Shown: in pieces, positions 60,443-64,000 of the stretch
Numbering within the stretch: position 1 is the stretch's first letter
Layout: each line of letters begins with the position of its first letter
IMG/VR virus record: IMGVR_UViG_3300036792_000363
Coordinates: 32,001 to 96,000 of that record
DNA from: a virus
Strand: one strand, 5' to 3'
DNA: 64,000 nt
Notes under the pieces: generated by a model
The model's database searches: none
Told to the model about the DNA's origin: nothing
Seen by the model: only the letters and a program-made list of their open reading frames with translations
Translations under genes and position numbers: made by a program

Positions 60443-61608
60443 GTCTCCCCCAGCAGGGTCCTCAGCTCGTTGATGGGGGCCGGGGCGGCCTCCGGGGAGG
60501 ACATCGGCACGGGGGCGTCCAGCGCCTGCGGGCACAGCCTGCGGGCGATCATCGCCGCGGCCAGCGTCACGCCGGCCTCGCGGTCGTCGGGCCGGACGCG
60601 GGCGAGCACGTCCCACAGCACGGCCAGGGCGGCGTGCGCGCGGGCCGGGCCCAGCCGGGCGGCCAGCTCCCTGCGCGCCTCCAGCGCCTGCCCCTGCGCG
60701 GGGACCTGCGCGCCGCACGACAGCACCAGCACGTCGCGCAGGCAGCGCGACAGCTCCCTCACCACGTGGGCGGGGTCCCCCAGCGACGACAGCGCGCCGT
60801 CGAGGGCCGCGTACATGGCCGGGTAGTCGCCGTCGGCGGCCGCCTTCAGCAGGACGGGGGCGAAGTCGGTCTCCCCGGTCAGCTCGCGCCACAGCGCCAC
60901 GCTGGTGATCCCGGCGGCGGCCATCTGGTCGAGGCGCACCAGCGCGTCCCGCACCCGCCCGCCCGACACCTCCGCCAGTTCCGCCAGCAGCTCCGGCTCG
61001 GCGTCGAACCCCTCCGCCGCGCACACCTTCTCCAGCCGCTCCAGGACCTGCCCGGCAGGCAGCGCCCGGAACTGGAACGGGCTGCAGCGGCCGCGGATCG
61101 TCTCCGGCAGCGCCATCGGCTGGGTGGTGAGCAGGATGAACACCGTGCGCGGCGGGGGCTCCTCCAGGATCTTCAGCAGCGTCTCGGCCCCCGGGCCGCT
61201 CATCGCGTGCGCCTCGTCGATCAGGAACACCCGGTACCCGGGCCCCGCCGGCCCGTACTGCGCCCGCTGGCGCAGCTCGCGCATCATCTCCACCGTCCCG
61301 TTGGACGCGGCGTCCACCTCGTCCACGTCCAGCGAGTTCCCGGCCAGGATGGCCGTGCAGCTGGCGCACGAGCCGCACGGCCACTGGCCGGGCGGCCCGG
61401 GCGGCGCCTCGCAGTTGATCGCGCCGGCCACGATCCGCCCCAGCGTCGTCTTGCCGCTGCCGGACTCGCCCGACAGCAGGACGGCGGGGGGGAGGGTGCC
61501 CCGCTTGGCCATCAGGTACAGCAGCACCACCACCGGGCGCTGTCCGGCCACGTCCCCGAACGTGCGCGGACGGTACTTGGTCGCCAGCGCCTCGCGGGCG
61601 TCACTCAT
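60439..61608 (-). CDS. dnaX: DNA polymerase III gamma/tau (clamp loader) subunit
   Basis: LATKYRPRTF, GESGSGKTT, CGSCASC, EVDAASN, IDEAH, LLKILEEPP, SGGRVRDA; AGGAGG RBS. Confidence 0.9.
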   Translation of the reverse strand: MSDAREALATKYRPRTFGDVAGQRPVVVLLYLMAKRGTLPPAVLLSGESGSGKTTLGRIVAGAINCEAPPGPPGQWPCGSCASCTAILAGNSLDVDEVDAASNGTVEMMRELRQRAQYGPAGPGYRVFLIDEAHAMSGPGAETLLKILEEPPPRTVFILLTTQPMALPETIRGRCSPFQFRALPAGQVLERLEKVCAAEGFDAEPELLAELAEVSGGRVRDALVRLDQMAAAGITSVALWRELTGETDFAPVLLKAAADGDYPAMYAALDGALSSLGDPAHVVRELSRCLRDVLVLSCGAQVPAQGQALEARRELAARLGPARAHAALAVLWDVLARVRPDDREAGVTLAAAMIARRLCPQALDAPVPMSSPEAAPAPINELRTLLGET

Positions 61609-61834
61609 CGGGCCTCCTGCGTATGTCAGCGCCGAGGAACACGGGCCCCGGCTCGGTCTCGGGGGCGACGGGGAGCCCGGCCGCGCACACCGGGCCGGCG
61701 GACGCCAGCTGGTACCCGAACTCGGCCCCGCACTGCGGGCACGCGTAGTACCGCGCGTCCCCGGCCTGCTCCGGCTCCGCCTCCGAATAGCACTGCGGGC
61801 ACTGCGCGGGCTCCGCCAGCAGGGGCTCAGCCAC
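61601..61834 (-). CDS. Small Zn-ribbon protein
   Basis: CPQC...CPQCG. Confidence 0.65.
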   Translation of the reverse strand: MAEPLLAEPAQCPQCYSEAEPEQAGDARYYACPQCGAEFGYQLASAGPVCAAGLPVAPETEPGPVFLGADIRRRPDE

Positions 61835-62016
61835 CCTGCTGGTCCGGGTCCCCGGTCTCGTCGTCCACCGGCCTGGTGAACCCTCTGCCCGCCCAGTCCT
61901 CCTCGGCGGCGGGCGGCGGCCCCCCGTAAGGCTGGCCGAATTGGTGCGCCCTGCCGCTGAATCCGGGACTGTCCACAGGCTTCTCCCCACCGCGTGGAAA
62001 ACATCTGGTGCCCTGT

Positions 62017-62023
62017 TAATACG
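62017..62023 (-). promoter_or_regulatory. Class B-like promoter CGTATTA
   Basis: Heads the AT-richer intergenic region upstream of the dnaX operon. Confidence 0.35.
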
Positions 62024-64000
62024 CCCGCGGCGGGAAGGGCGGCGATGACCCGCCCCGCGGCCTCGTCGGCGCAGCGCGGGCACAGGCCCTCCGGCCAGGG
62101 CGCCCCCAGCAGGCTGACCGGCACCGGCGCGCCGCACCCGGCGCAGGCGCCGGCGCCGCCGGAGAAGAACTCCACCCGGCGGGCGGTGTAGCGGGCCGCC
62201 TCGATCCAGCTGGGCCGCCCCATCAGCGCGGCGTAGGCCTGGTACGGCCCGATCCTGCCGTTCAGCACCATCCGCAGCACGATCCTGCGCCCGTCGCGGG
62301 CGACCCAGAAATCAGCGACGTGCTCCCTGGCGTCCCCGTGCTGCGCGGTGGCCCCCACGTAGAAGCTGTCGGCCCGCACCAGGACCGGCACCTCCTGCGC
62401 CTCCGCCCACCAGCGCAGCCGCGCCGCCACCTCGGCGGCGGGGTCGGCCACCTCCAGTTCCCACAGGCTGGCGGGGCGGGGCGGCAGCCGCGCGCCGGGC
62501 GGCAGCTCCCCGAACTCCCCGCGCCATTCCAGGTGCGGGGCAAGCTCGTCGCCGAACGCGGCCAGGAACCACGGCAGCCCGGCGTCGTCGCGGCGGGTGA
62601 CGCCGAACTCGGCGTAGTCGGCGCCGGTGGACCGGTCCCGGTAGGCGGTGGAGCCCGACACCAGCCGGACGGTGGCGGGCGCGATGGGCGGGAACCCGGT
62701 CCGCTCGCACGCCCGGTAGGCGGCGCGGCGGATGATGAACGCCAGCGAGGAGTTGGAGACGAACCGGAACGCCTCCGGCCGCTCCACCCGCAGCCGCAGC
62801 TTCAGCGCCACGGTGGAGTGGTCGAGCGGGGTCACCGGGTCGGCCGCCAGGTCGCGGTCGGCGGCGGTCACGCGGTCCCGGCGGATCTCCAGGTCGCGGC
62901 GGTCGCACGCCCCGCACGCGTTCCCCTGGCAGCGCTGGTCGCAGCGGTCGACCCACTCGTTGCCGTGGTAGCCCTCGTCGCACAGGTCGTCGTAGGTGCC
63001 CGCGCTGGTGCCGGTGAGCAGGTCCACCATGTCGCGGTAAACCCGCCACATGAGGGACTTCTCCACGCCGGTGTCGATGTGCTCCCAGCCGAGCAGGTCG
63101 TGCTCGAACCGCTCGCCGAAGATGTCGGCCAGCCCGTTGCGGAACCCGCGGCCGATGAGGGCGGCGTCCAGCCGCTCGGGCGTGTCCTTGGGGAACCCGC
63201 CCCAGCTGGCGACGCCCAGGCCCTCGATCACGTCGACGATCGCCTCGCCCGCGTCCCGGCTGGCGCGCTGGCACGCCTGGAAGAACGCCAGCTTGGCCGG
63301 GTTGGCCTTGCTGCCGATCTTCACCCAGATCCGGTGCTCGCGCAGCGCGTCGAACGCGGGCTGCAGCGAGTAGTCGGGCGGGGTCACCTCGAACCACTGC
63401 ATCGGGGTCTGCGCCTCGATGAGCAGCGGCGTCCAGCTCATGATGATCTGCACGCCGGCCGCGTCGGGCCCGAAGCCGTCGCGGACGTCGGCCAGCCGCT
63501 TCCCCAGGTCCACGATCCGCATGACGTCGCGCTCGGTCTCGCCCGGCCAGTTGGTGATCATGTAGAGCTTCACCTTGCGGATGCCGGCGCCGATGGCCTG
63601 GGCGACGGCGCGCACCACGTCCTCGTCGGAGGTGCCCTTCCCGGCCAGGTCCCGCATCAGCTGGCTGTTGCCCTCCAGCCCGAACGTGATGGCCTCGGTG
63701 CCGCCGATCTGCATCACCATCGACAGCTGGGGGTCGGCGGTGTAGTCGTCGATCCGCATGCTGGACGCGTTCACCCGCCCGGTGACGTTCTCCAGCAGCC
63801 CCGCAATCAGTGCCTTTTTCAGCGTGTGCGCGGGCGGGTCGGGGGCCACCAGGGAGATCTCGGTCGAGCCCATGTTCCGCCGCCACTTCCCGGCGCGGGC
63901 GATCGTCCGTTCCGGGTCCTCCTGCCGCTGCGGCTTGGTGACCCACCCGAGCTTGCAGAACACGCACCAGTTGTCGCAGCCGCGGGCCATCTCCACGTCG
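62017..64000 (-). CDS. Radical SAM protein fused to DUF2344/TIGR03936-like domain (5'-truncated)
   Basis: RGCDNWCVFC (CxxxCxxC), KVKLYMITNWPGET, CQGNACGAC, then LRLRV...FRFVS...IRRAAYRA. The natural end is near 62017, but there is no in-frame stop before dnaX. Confidence 0.75.

Noticed and set aside
1-64000. CRISPR array, integrase/att site, IS element, DGR, introns or inteins
   Set aside because: No regular repeat-spacer array, recombinase, transposase, reverse transcriptase or splice-junction motifs seen; terminase, portal and capsid appear uninterrupted.

Overview
A 64 kb, very GC-rich segment of a large tailed (siphovirus-type) phage, most likely infecting an Actinomycetota host. It is truncated at both ends and almost all real genes are on the minus strand; most long + strand ORFs in the track are antisense shadows. 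In transcription order (right to left) it holds: a radical SAM/DUF2344-like gene; a dnaX-like clamp-loader subunit; a glycosyltransferase/methyltransferase block; large terminase; a 6 kb array of 35 tRNAs covering all 20 amino acids, interleaved with structured RNA-like spacers; Mu-like portal, minor head and protease genes; decoration and major capsid genes; accessory virion genes; head-tail joining genes; an atypical lysis block; tail tube; frameshifted tail chaperones; a ~2,630 aa tape measure; Dit; and a >2,000 aa tail-tip protein missed by the ORF track. The strongest leads are four. (1) A VUT/YhhQ + QueF-like + TGT/DpdA-like 7-deazaguanine salvage module. (2) Nine tRNAs carry C33 instead of the near-universal U33, including three of the four queuosine-family tRNAs. 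(3) Two phage-specific promoter motifs drive leaderless genes at fixed spacing. (4) Four expected start/stop codons are each one G-to-T change from canonical. All calls come from manual reading; no database search or folding program was run.
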